This document shows, in pieces, positions 1-9,403 of a DNA stretch of 64,000 nt. Source of the stretch: Candidatus Magasanikbacteria bacterium RIFCSPHIGHO2_01_FULL_41_23 (GTDB lineage: Bacteria > Patescibacteriota > Patescibacteriia > Magasanikbacterales > UBA922); NCBI GenBank assembly GCA_001782805.1, contig MFPT01000021.1, forward strand, positions 10,546 to 74,545. The letters run 5' to 3'. Each line of letters opens with the position of its first letter. Positions within the stretch are counted from its first letter, which is position 1. A program made the position numbers and the translations under genes. Under the pieces are notes generated by a model, which saw only the letters and a list, made by a program, of their open reading frames with translations, did not search any database and was not told the DNA's origin.

Positions 1-32
1 GGGTAGAATTTTACCAGTTAAACTATCGGCCC
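1..32 (-). tRNA. 5' half of a tRNA gene cut by the window edge (probably tRNA-Val; anticodon not visible)
   Basis: Reverse complement GGGCCGA-TA-GTTT-AACTGGTA-AAAT-T-CTACCC gives acceptor 5' strand, D-arm with GG and the start of the anticodon stem; resembles the Val-like tRNA at 36090-36166. Confidence 0.7.
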
Positions 33-192
33 ATAATCCACCATCTATAACCATAACACAAACAACCTTAAGAAAGTCTTAAATTTTAAAAGTTATTCAC
101 AAATTATCCCCAATATTTTGAAACATTTATAAAGAGCTGTTTTTTGTCTTCATCTGTGTTATAATAATTTCATAAAGAATTTACTGATTTAC

Positions 193-3100
193 ATGAACTC
201 GCATCTCCGCTCCATGCTCGGACGACTGCAGTTATTGGCACAGAAAATTTGTCCCGCGTCGGGATCATCTTGGCGCACTCCGTGGATGGTATTTTTTGGT
301 ATATTGTTTTTGGGATTTTTTCTTTTAACCATTTCTCCGGCCAATGCTCAGTTCGAAACTGTAACCAATATTTTTATTATCGGCGCGGCGCATATTATGA
401 TTGTCGTCGCCAATATTGCCATTGGTTTAACTATTTTCTTTTTGCGTTTTTTCATCATGCTGGCCAGTTACAACAATTATATTGATGTTGACGTGGTGCA
501 ATTGGGCTGGATAATGGTGCGGGATGTGGCCAATATGTTTTTTGTCGTCGCGCTGTTGGTCATAGCCTTTGGCACTATTTTGGGTTTGGAAGAATATGAA
601 TGGAAAAAGAATTTGGTTAAACTTATTCTCGCCGCGATTTTAATTAATTTCAGCAATTTGATTTGCCAGCTGCTTATAGATGTTTCCCATGTTTTTAGCA
701 TTACTTTTTTGAATGCCATTTCGGCTACGGCCGGAGGCAATCTGATTAACATGTTCAAATTGGATCAAATAACGGCTTTGGCCGGTGCGGATGATACATC
801 GGGGATTGATATTGAATTGTTGGCCGCGGCTATACCGGCCATGATGTTCGCGCTTATGGCCGCGGCCGCGCTGGGATCATACGTGTATGTTATGGCGGCG
901 CGAGTGGTGGCATTGTGGGCTTTGATTATTTTTTCCCCGCTCGCTTTTATTTTTGGCGTTTTGCCCAAGACCAAAGGATATGCGGAAAAATGGTGGACTG
1001 AATTTAACAATAACATAATTGTCGTGCCGATAATGGTGTTTTTTTTGTGGCTGTCGTTTGCCACGTTGGGTTTGGGTAATATTGCGGAACAAATTCAAAC
1101 TGGTTTGCCCGCGGGTGTCCAGATAGATGGAGCGCAACAAGGTAAAACTGAATATAAGAAGACATCGTTATCATTATCCAAAGTAACCAGTTGGGAAAAT
1201 ATGGCCAGTTTTTTGGTTGCTTTTGCGTTTTTGATGCGCGGCATTCAAGAAACCGAACAAACCGGAGTTACTGGAGCCGGAGCCATCGGCTCGGCCGTGG
1301 ATTTTGCCAAAAAAGTCGGTACCATTGCCAGTGGGTATGCGGCGGGGAGATGGTTGGCGGGGAAGACGAGGGATGGAGTAGTTGGTGGATCCAAATGGGT
1401 GGGCAAAGAACTTGGTGTACATCTGGCCAAACGGGCCGGAGTTTACGATGTTCCCGAGCGAGTCGGTAATTGGTGGAAAGCCAGAGGCGTGGCATTTGAT
1501 AAACGAAGAAGCGAAGGTCCGCTTAGTGGTGTTGTCGATTCAAAAGAAGTAGGAGAAGGTGATCAAACTAAAGATGAAACGAAAAAATTGACCGATGAAC
1601 AAGTTAAGGCTGGTTGGTCAATGAGGTTTGATAGAGAAAAAAATAAAACTGTTGCCGAACAATGGGGTGTATTGAAAGATAAGGATGGAAATCCCAAATA
1701 CAAAAGTGGTTATCAAAAATTTCTCTCTCGTCGTCACGAAAAAATAATCGCTTCTCGCAAGACTTTGGAAAAAACCGAAGGAGAATTTAAAGATAATGAA
1801 GAATTAATGGGGAAGCGTACTGAGGCTCAGTCGTTTGTTACCGGTGCAGAAAGGAGAGAGAATAGAAAATTAGAAAAAGAAGGTTTTGTTGTCAAAGACT
1901 ATGATCGTGTCAAGCGTGGTATGCTTGAAATTGAAGAAGAACGGGCATCAGCAAAAACAGCCGAGTTTAAGAATAGAGGTAAAATGATTGCTCTTGGTAG
2001 CCAACGTCTAAAGGCAGAAGGAGGAAAACCTCTTGGTTTTCAAGAAGGCGGGACAGTTGCCGAGCAAATTGCGGGTCACAAAACCCGAGCGGAATTCTTT
2101 GAATCACGAGTTAACCAAATTCTCAAAACCGCAGAAAGTAAATATAAAGGCAGTGCAGCCGGTAAACGATTTTTGGAAGGAAAAATTCAAGCCGATTTGG
2201 AAATAAAGGCTCAAGAAGCAAAGACTAAAGAATTACAAGCAGGCGCCACGACGAGAATAGCTTTGACCGATACCACTGATGTTTTAGCGCGTACAATAGA
2301 GGCGGAAAAAGCCGCGCATTTAGAAGAACAAAGATTGGCAAGAGTCCAAAAAGCCGAAGAAAGAGAATTTTACAAAGGCGATCATGGCCAAGAAGAATTG
2401 CGTGAAGAAGCGGTTTTGAAAGAACAAATCGCGGCCAGTGAAGCGGGAATAAAAAAAGAAGAGGCTGAAGCCAAACGCGAAGTTGCTGAAGGTACAGGCA
2501 GTGGAGACGAAGCGAAAGAGCGAGAACACCTCTTTAAAGTAGCTCAAGACGAGAAAATCGCGGCGACAAAACAAGCAGGTGTTCGGGAATCTTTAGCGAC
2601 CAGTGTTGAAAAAAAGGCTGAATTGGTCTATGAGACATCAGACCCAGGTAAAGAAGAAAAAGAAAAAGAATTAACTGCCAAAGAAACCATTGCCGCCACC
2701 GAAGGAAAAATAAAGAAAGAAGAGGCTACTAGAAAAGCCGTACTTGCCACAGAAGACAGTAATGAATACAAGTTACAAATGGCGGAGAGGATTGCGGCGG
2801 AAAAAGGCGCAAAGTTGGAAGAGGGGAAGGTCGCGCTTGCAGAAAAAGAGGCCACCAAAGCGTATGTTTCTGGTACAGGTGCAGATACAATTACCCAAAC
2901 CAAAGAAGTTGAATTAAAAACAAAAGCCGAAGACGCGGAAATTAAACAACGTGAAGCCGAGGCAGACAGACAAGCGGCCAATAATTTAAAAGAAGTGTTT
3001 GCTAGAATCAATTTTTCGGAACAAGCAACAAAAGCGGCTGAAGATTTTGTAAAAAATATTAAAGAAGAAGACCTGAGAGATAAATTTAAATCAGCTTCTG

Positions 3101-5001
3101 AGCAAATGAAGGGATGGATGAAATTAGACGCCACGGCTTTGGCCACGGAAATTGAAAAATTTAAGACTGCCGGTCATACTCAAGGAATTGACGCGTATGT
3201 AGTGGCGTTGGGTCAAGCTCAATTGTTAAAAGTAACTACGAGTGATTCCGGTATTCGCCATAAACAAGCCGAGGATGCGGCGTCTGACGGTTTTGTGAAT
3301 AAATCTCGGTATGGAACCACTACTGCCTCAACTGCCTATTCTGATTTTTCCGATACCAAATTAAAGGATTATAAAAAACTGGAACGCACCGCCGCCATGA
3401 AAAAAGCCACCGATGTCCATGCTTTTTTAATGCACCAAAAAGAAAATTTGCCAGCGGGTCAAGAACTTGATCTTGATCAAACAGCGGAATTATATGCTGC
3501 CAGTTCTTATTTACAATCAGAAGCATGGAATGATGATCAGGCGGCGTATACATACTCTATGTTTGAAAAATTACAAAGACATCAAGCCGAAGTAGCGAAT
3601 AAAGGAAGTTCAACTGTCATGAAAACTGATGAAGCAGCACAGTGGACCACTATGGCGAAACAATATACTAGGTTGGGCTGGCTTGATAACAATGTTATTG
3701 ATGCTGGTGGTAATTTTGTATTGGATAATGAGAAAAAAGCAGATGGTACTGATGTCATTGATAAAACAAATGGAAAAGTAGTCAAAAAGGGGAAAGCCAT
3801 TGCCAAAAAATATACACGACAAAAAGCCGCGGATATGCAGAATTTAGCTGTTACAGGCGGTGATGTAAATTTAGTGGTTGCCCATCACCAAATTTCTGAA
3901 GCGGTTGATGCCAATGCTCGGGATGTTGAAAATGCTAAGCTTGAAGCAAGAAGTAGGATTATTGCGGATAAGAAAAGTGCTAATACAACATTAACAGACG
4001 AAACGGCCGCTGCATCGGCGGAAAAAGAAATTGAATCCGCAATGGCAGCTGCGGGTAAAGCTACAGCAAAAAATTATTGGGAATTGGCGGATGTTATTTT
4101 GAAATTAGGAACTAACACAACAGGCATCGTCGATGCTGCTGCTTTGAAAGTACGTTATGAAGAACATTCTGATTTGCTTCAAGACGCCACCAAATCATAC
4201 AAAGGTTTTGCACATGCCACCGGCCATGAAAAATTAGGTGGAAACCAAGGATTTGATGAAGAGGCTGATTCCTATCGTTTTATGACGGTAAGAGAGGGTC
4301 AGGCAGAAGTTCGGGCTGATCGGGTAAAAATGAAAACTCGCCAAATCTTAAATGGAGATCAGTATCATAGTAATGGTGGTGAATTAGATTTGGATACAGG
4401 GATAATTGATAATTTCTTGGAAGACACGCTTAATCTTACTATTGGTAAAATTACCCGATACCTTGATATGGTTGATATGCCTGAACGTTCTTTGAAAGGC
4501 GCGTTCTATTTACATAAAAATGAACAAGCAAAAGTAGTGCAAGGTACGGAAGGTGCTTTAAAAGATAAAAAAGTTGCGGTGTTGGGTGGAAATAAAGCCA
4601 TGCAAAAATTTGAAGCCGATGGTGATGTTGATGAAGAAAGTAAGACAAAGCATATGATGACACGTGGTGTTGTACCGGCTTTAATGTCAGGTCATAGAGG
4701 TTGGGCAGTCGCAGCCAGTAAATTATATGGCGGTCATGTTGTGGAGGCCGACGCTCAAAAAGGGACAATAAATATGCGGGTCGGTAATAAAGAATTTGCA
4801 ACTACGAAGAATGCGGCTGAACATGTTATTACTAATTTGGAATCAGATAAAGATTACTTTAAGGGTAGCGATCTTTATGGTCAAGAAAAAAGAATATTAG
4901 AGGCCATGAATCAGATTATCGCGGATTTTAATTCTGCACCTGCACCTGCATCTGCTGTTGATACTGCTGCTGCTGGTGAAGATGATACTCCTCCTACTTA
5001 A
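193..5001 (+). CDS. Giant VirB6/TrbL-like polytopic membrane protein with long coiled-coil C-terminal region (CPR T4SS-like locus)
   Basis: N-terminal ~370 aa with many TM helices and motifs GWIMVRDVANMFFVVALLVIAF, LILAAILINFS, IFSPLAF..LPKT...KWW typical of VirB6-like CPR proteins; E/K/A-rich helical tail; upstream of PrgI and VirB4. Confidence 0.7.
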   Translation: MNSHLRSMLGRLQLLAQKICPASGSSWRTPWMVFFGILFLGFFLLTISPANAQFETVTNIFIIGAAHIMIVVANIAIGLTIFFLRFFIMLASYNNYIDVDVVQLGWIMVRDVANMFFVVALLVIAFGTILGLEEYEWKKNLVKLILAAILINFSNLICQLLIDVSHVFSITFLNAISATAGGNLINMFKLDQITALAGADDTSGIDIELLAAAIPAMMFALMAAAALGSYVYVMAARVVALWALIIFSPLAFIFGVLPKTKGYAEKWWTEFNNNIIVVPIMVFFLWLSFATLGLGNIAEQIQTGLPAGVQIDGAQQGKTEYKKTSLSLSKVTSWENMASFLVAFAFLMRGIQETEQTGVTGAGAIGSAVDFAKKVGTIASGYAAGRWLAGKTRDGVVGGSKWVGKELGVHLAKRAGVYDVPERVGNWWKARGVAFDKRRSEGPLSGVVDSKEVGEGDQTKDETKKLTDEQVKAGWSMRFDREKNKTVAEQWGVLKDKDGNPKYKSGYQKFLSRRHEKIIASRKTLEKTEGEFKDNEELMGKRTEAQSFVTGAERRENRKLEKEGFVVKDYDRVKRGMLEIEEERASAKTAEFKNRGKMIALGSQRLKAEGGKPLGFQEGGTVAEQIAGHKTRAEFFESRVNQILKTAESKYKGSAAGKRFLEGKIQADLEIKAQEAKTKELQAGATTRIALTDTTDVLARTIEAEKAAHLEEQRLARVQKAEEREFYKGDHGQEELREEAVLKEQIAASEAGIKKEEAEAKREVAEGTGSGDEAKEREHLFKVAQDEKIAATKQAGVRESLATSVEKKAELVYETSDPGKEEKEKELTAKETIAATEGKIKKEEATRKAVLATEDSNEYKLQMAERIAAEKGAKLEEGKVALAEKEATKAYVSGTGADTITQTKEVELKTKAEDAEIKQREAEADRQAANNLKEVFARINFSEQATKAAEDFVKNIKEEDLRDKFKSASEQMKGWMKLDATALATEIEKFKTAGHTQGIDAYVVALGQAQLLKVTTSDSGIRHKQAEDAASDGFVNKSRYGTTTASTAYSDFSDTKLKDYKKLERTAAMKKATDVHAFLMHQKENLPAGQELDLDQTAELYAASSYLQSEAWNDDQAAYTYSMFEKLQRHQAEVANKGSSTVMKTDEAAQWTTMAKQYTRLGWLDNNVIDAGGNFVLDNEKKADGTDVIDKTNGKVVKKGKAIAKKYTRQKAADMQNLAVTGGDVNLVVAHHQISEAVDANARDVENAKLEARSRIIADKKSANTTLTDETAAASAEKEIESAMAAAGKATAKNYWELADVILKLGTNTTGIVDAAALKVRYEEHSDLLQDATKSYKGFAHATGHEKLGGNQGFDEEADSYRFMTVREGQAEVRADRVKMKTRQILNGDQYHSNGGELDLDTGIIDNFLEDTLNLTIGKITRYLDMVDMPERSLKGAFYLHKNEQAKVVQGTEGALKDKKVAVLGGNKAMQKFEADGDVDEESKTKHMMTRGVVPALMSGHRGWAVAASKLYGGHVVEADAQKGTINMRVGNKEFATTKNAAEHVITNLESDKDYFKGSDLYGQEKRILEAMNQIIADFNSAPAPASAVDTAAAGEDDTPPT

Positions 5002-5022
5002 CAAATAATCTAGACTAATTTT

Positions 5023-6276
5023 ATGGATACTACACCATTAAAGAATCTGATTGATTGGTATAAAAAATATTCTCTAAGACAGGGAGAGACTTTTATATTG
5101 GAATTTTTTGAAAAATCAAAAAATAAGTCTGACTCTCCAGTGAATAATTTAGAAAAAATTATTCGTAGTCTGGTTGAATTTGTCACTGAATCAAAAAAAA
5201 ATCCGGAAGAATTCTTTTTATTTCCAAATGACAAAATCATTATTAGTAGTCTTGCGACCGTTGACAAAGATTATATCCATTCTGTTGTGCCAGTTATGTG
5301 GTATGGTCTTGGTTTGCAAACCGGAGATTATGATTTGTGGGAACCGGAACAGATTATCAAAGAATGTGAAGAGGTTTTTTCCGGCGCGGTTGATAATGTT
5401 CCGGTTCTTATACGCAACATCCGCGAAGTCGGAAAGAACGAGGATGCTATAAATTTTTGCCAGAAATTTATTAACCAGTTTATTCTGCTTGATAAATGCA
5501 CAATAATCACAGAATTAAATTGGCATAATTCTTTGATAATAGCGATTGCGCTTAATACGGTATATGAACGACTATATCAGCTTTCCGAAGACGAGCAAAA
5601 AATTATTCTTCAACACAGTCTTTATGTCGCTTTGTGCGCGGGCATCAATGTGCAAACGAGTCTGCAGGCTGTCTTGTATCACACCAAAACTATTTTTAGT
5701 TTTATTGCCACGTATGAACGACTGACACAGATTTTAGAAGAAAGTAATGAAACGGTGATTCAAATTAATGAAAATTCTATTCAAACTCTGGGGAGTTTGT
5801 GGAATGATTATTGTGAAAAAAATAAAAATGATTGGTCGGATATAAAAAAATTAAAATTTTTTTCTGACAGTCTGACAACCAATGAATTTCAGAAAGAAAA
5901 AATATTTGCAGGTTTTAAGATACTCCTTGATCTTAAGACAGCGGTTTTGCAACAAAAAAATTACAGTGATGATTATAATGAATCCGAAGAGTTTCGCAAT
6001 GATGTCATTAAATTAATTTTTTGGTTTGGAATCGGTGACGCCGGTTACGATGATCTAAAAAAATATTTTCAACAGACAGAAAAAAAAGTTTCTATTACTG
6101 CTTTTGTAAAAAGGCTAGTTGAAATTATTGGTCTACAAGATATGGAACAAATTGAAAATGTACTTCTTTTTTCTGGATTACTTCGCGAATTAAACTGGAT
6201 GCCGGAAGATGACAACTTAATCAGTTTCCACGAATCCACCTCCCAATTCCATTGGAATCAAGAATTATTATCCTAA
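5023..6276 (+). CDS. Hypothetical protein, paralogous to the next gene
   Basis: 417-aa ORF in operon spacing; shares EQxxILQHxxYxAxxxGxxVQ motif with 6278-7222. Confidence 0.75.
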   Translation: MDTTPLKNLIDWYKKYSLRQGETFILEFFEKSKNKSDSPVNNLEKIIRSLVEFVTESKKNPEEFFLFPNDKIIISSLATVDKDYIHSVVPVMWYGLGLQTGDYDLWEPEQIIKECEEVFSGAVDNVPVLIRNIREVGKNEDAINFCQKFINQFILLDKCTIITELNWHNSLIIAIALNTVYERLYQLSEDEQKIILQHSLYVALCAGINVQTSLQAVLYHTKTIFSFIATYERLTQILEESNETVIQINENSIQTLGSLWNDYCEKNKNDWSDIKKLKFFSDSLTTNEFQKEKIFAGFKILLDLKTAVLQQKNYSDDYNESEEFRNDVIKLIFWFGIGDAGYDDLKKYFQQTEKKVSITAFVKRLVEIIGLQDMEQIENVLLFSGLLRELNWMPEDDNLISFHESTSQFHWNQELLS

Positions 6277-6277
6277 T

Positions 6278-7222
6278 ATGCCCGCTCCATTATTTTCCTA
6301 TTGCCAAAATAATCCGCTCAAAAATGTCTCTGCTTTGGAGCGGCTTATTATGGCAGTTGAGCCTAGTGCGATTACGGATACCGCGCTTAGTGGTGTCGTG
6401 GAATACGCGGCTTTGATTCTTTCCGGTTTGCGCGATTTGGAACCGCGCGGATTGGCCGACAGTTATGTTACGCAAGTTTTGGGATTTATTGACACAAAAC
6501 TTGTGGAGCAAGTGGCGACTGATCCAGCCAAATCCGCGAGTAATGATCTCAATGAATTGGCAGTGGAATTGCTCCACTCTGCGGCCGCGATTGGCGTGGT
6601 GGAAGAAATTACGCCGTATACGGTTGAAGAATTGACCGAGATTATCAACAGTTCTGACGTTGATTTTAATCATGCTATTTTGGCCTTCACTATTGGCTAC
6701 GCGATTGTGAGTGGAGAAAAAGATTATGGATCTCTATTAATGCACATTCTCATGAATCATAAAGATGAAGAATTGCAAACGCCATACGAATGGATGGATG
6801 CGTTTTTGCTCGGTTTATTAATTCATAGTGCGTGGAGTTATTTTCCCGATGCCACGGATCGTGAACAGCAATTCATACTCCAACATTATTTTTATTATGC
6901 CATTATCATGGGCGTGCCGGTACAAAGTTGGTTGAATGTGGCGTTTGCTGCCAATCCCAAATTATTGCCGCATATATTGATGCAAAAATTAAGCAGTTCG
7001 CAAGAAGTGATTCCGGAGAATTCCGGATTAAGCAGTAGTGCGGATTTTGCCAATGTCATACGCGATTATATGTCTGCAGTCAATCAAAATTCCATTCCCA
7101 CTTTGGCCGCGGAAAAATTTTTGGGCAAATGGTATGGCAATGACGCGCAGGGAAATCAATATCGTCTATGGTTGCGCGCCGCGCTTGGTACTGCCTATCG
7201 TTTGCAAACGCGGAATTTGTAA
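6278..7222 (+). CDS. Hypothetical protein, paralogous to the previous gene
   Basis: 314-aa ORF starting 1 bp after previous stop; shared motif as above. Confidence 0.75.
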   Translation: MPAPLFSYCQNNPLKNVSALERLIMAVEPSAITDTALSGVVEYAALILSGLRDLEPRGLADSYVTQVLGFIDTKLVEQVATDPAKSASNDLNELAVELLHSAAAIGVVEEITPYTVEELTEIINSSDVDFNHAILAFTIGYAIVSGEKDYGSLLMHILMNHKDEELQTPYEWMDAFLLGLLIHSAWSYFPDATDREQQFILQHYFYYAIIMGVPVQSWLNVAFAANPKLLPHILMQKLSSSQEVIPENSGLSSSADFANVIRDYMSAVNQNSIPTLAAEKFLGKWYGNDAQGNQYRLWLRAALGTAYRLQTRNL

Positions 7223-7273
7223 TGCGATTTTTTTGTGATATACTTCAATTAATTTAATTTTAAAAGGAGGGAT

Positions 7274-7777
7274 ATGAATTACAATCAAAATAATTTTGCT
7301 TTTATTGACAGCCAAAATTTACATTTTGGAATTTTGGAACAAGGTTGGAAGATTGATTATCGAAAATTTCGTAATTATTTAAGGAATAAATACGATATTA
7401 CAAAAGTTTTTATGTTTATGGGGTATTTACCCTCAGAACAAGCTTTATATACATTTCTTAGACAATCAGGGTTTACGTTAATCTTCAAACATGTGTCTAA
7501 GTTACTTGACGGTTCGGTAAAAGGTAATTGCGACGGTGAGATGATTTTACAAGCTATGATAGAGTATCCGAATTATCACCAAGCTTTGCTCATTACAGGG
7601 GATGGGGATTTTGTATGTTTGATAAAATATTTACAAAAACAGAATAAATTGTTGCAAGTAATTGCTCCAACATTAGAAAATTGTTCTAAATTTATTCGTG
7701 AAGTTGCCGGTAAAAAATTATTGTTTTTTAACGATTTACAATCAAAATTGTCATATAAAGACAAAAAGACCCTATAA
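7274..7777 (+). CDS. NYN-domain (LabA/DUF88, PIN-like) ribonuclease
   Basis: Motifs FIDSQN, KGNCDGEM, TGDGDF; SD AAGGAGG and extended -10 TGATATACT upstream. Confidence 0.9.
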   Translation: MNYNQNNFAFIDSQNLHFGILEQGWKIDYRKFRNYLRNKYDITKVFMFMGYLPSEQALYTFLRQSGFTLIFKHVSKLLDGSVKGNCDGEMILQAMIEYPNYHQALLITGDGDFVCLIKYLQKQNKLLQVIAPTLENCSKFIREVAGKKLLFFNDLQSKLSYKDKKTL

Positions 7778-7860
7778 AGACAAAACAGTATAGGGGCATT
7801 CTTGCTGGGAAGGACCATACAAAGACAAAACAGTGTACAGGATATTCCCTCATGATTACT
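7755..7860 (-). ncRNA. Candidate small RNA with two hairpins sharing the loop CUGUUUUGUCUU, convergent with the NYN gene
   Basis: Hairpins at 7770-7795 and 7807-7849 with identical 12-nt loop; minus-strand promoter immediately upstream; G-U wobbles favour the minus strand. Confidence 0.5.
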
Positions 7861-7866
7861 TTCTAA

Positions 7867-7894
7867 AGTATACAACACTACAAATAGTTGTCAA
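7867..7894 (-). promoter_or_regulatory. sigma70-type promoter TTGACA-N16-TATACT pointing toward the NYN 3' end
   Basis: Plus strand agtata (7867-7872) ... tgtcaa (7889-7894). Confidence 0.65.
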
Positions 7895-7902
7895 GCCAAG
7901 TT

Positions 7903-8922
7903 ATGCCCAATCAACCCACAATTCTCGTAAAAAAATCCGACGGAACGACAATCCGGATGACTCTTGACGAAGTCAAAAAAATGAAGGCGGAGAAAAAAGC
8001 AGATAATCCTTTGTTGCCACAAGAATTAGAGACAGCACCAGAAACAGTGATCAAAAAAGCTGTGGAAATGTTAAAAACTCCGGAATTGGAACCGGCACCA
8101 GTGGAATTTTTATTAAAAGCCAGCGCCGAGCCACATCTTTTGCATGAAGAAATAGAATCGCACGAAGTTACCAGACCGGAATTAGTGACCGCGGTTTCGT
8201 ACGATCGCACGGTTGACGCCGTGCTTAAAAATGCTCGCTTAACTCCGAGTCCGGAACTAATGCCGCGATTTCAGTCACTCATTATGTCGCTTATAAAAGG
8301 CGTGCGTACTGTGGCGCAAGTAATGGAATACGCGAGCGCGCCGCTTCTGCGCGGAGGTTTGGCACTTTCGATCGCCGAGGCAGAACGTCTTGCCACGGCT
8401 TTGAACACACAAACCGGTTTGCCCAATAACCGATCGATTATTATTCCCAAACCCATGACTGCGCCTGCCTCCACGCCCTCAAACATTCAGGGATCAGTCA
8501 AAAATAATCCAACTTCAAATCGTCCTCACAACACAGGCGCGGCTTTTGTCCAAATGCATGATGTGCAAGCGCCGCAGTCCGCGCCAAGCACAAGCAATAA
8601 AGCAGTCATGGGTCCTATAGAAGAAATGAAAATTTTTTCTCTCCTTGATTGGCGTCGTCTCGCGGCTACGCCGGATAAAGCCAAAGAAATAATTTTAAGT
8701 AAATTTTCCGGCTGGAAAGATGAATCATTTTTTTTGTATCGTGATACCAGATTGGCCTGGTTGGAATCGCCATTGGTGCGCGAATATCAAGAAAAAGTTA
8801 TCACTGCCATCAATCAAAGTACGCGTTTGTCTGATATGGCTTCCGGATTTGCGGTGAAAAAAACCCTGACACCGGCTGACATTGCCGCGCTCGTTGAAGT
8901 GAATAGGGTACTTGCGGTATAA
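7903..8922 (+). CDS. Hypothetical protein of the T4SS-like locus (Pro-rich linker)
   Basis: Long ORF directly upstream of PrgI; motif MGPIEEMKIFSLLDWRRLA; ATG at 7903 preferred over TTG at 7888. Confidence 0.75.
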   Translation: MPNQPTILVKKSDGTTIRMTLDEVKKMKAEKKADNPLLPQELETAPETVIKKAVEMLKTPELEPAPVEFLLKASAEPHLLHEEIESHEVTRPELVTAVSYDRTVDAVLKNARLTPSPELMPRFQSLIMSLIKGVRTVAQVMEYASAPLLRGGLALSIAEAERLATALNTQTGLPNNRSIIIPKPMTAPASTPSNIQGSVKNNPTSNRPHNTGAAFVQMHDVQAPQSAPSTSNKAVMGPIEEMKIFSLLDWRRLAATPDKAKEIILSKFSGWKDESFFLYRDTRLAWLESPLVREYQEKVITAINQSTRLSDMASGFAVKKTLTPADIAALVEVNRVLAV

Positions 8923-8956
8923 TACTCCTACGGCCATGTAATCAAATTTTTACCGC

Positions 8957-9385
8957 ATGCAACAATTTGTTGTTCCACAATTTATTGAAGTGGAAGATAA
9001 AATTTTCGGGCCGATTACGACTCGGCAATTTTTAATTTTATTGGCCGCGGGCACAGCCATATTTTTGTCGTATCGGTTTGGCGATTTGGCTTTATTTATT
9101 TTTACGGTTGTTTTTGTCGGCGGTTTTTCCGCGATTTTGGCTTTTGTAAAAGTGAATGGTCAAAATTTTCATTATTTTTTGCTGAATATTATACAAACCA
9201 TGCGCAAACCATCATTGCGCATTTGGCAAAAAAGTTACAATAAAGAAGAACTGAATTATTTGCGCAAGCGCGATGCCGATATTAAAATAGAGCCGCTCAT
9301 CGTGGTCACAGCAGTAAAAAAAGATCGGATTCGCGACTTGGCTCTGTTGGTTAATACGGGCGGTTTTTACAAGCCCGAGGAATAG
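8957..9385 (+). CDS. PrgI family membrane protein (VirB3-like)
   Basis: QFVVPQFIEVEDKIFGPITTRQF motif followed by two TM helices. Confidence 0.85.
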   Translation: MQQFVVPQFIEVEDKIFGPITTRQFLILLAAGTAIFLSYRFGDLALFIFTVVFVGGFSAILAFVKVNGQNFHYFLLNIIQTMRKPSLRIWQKSYNKEELNYLRKRDADIKIEPLIVVTAVKKDRIRDLALLVNTGGFYKPEE

Positions 9386-9403
9386 CGCGCGTTCACCATA
9401 AAT

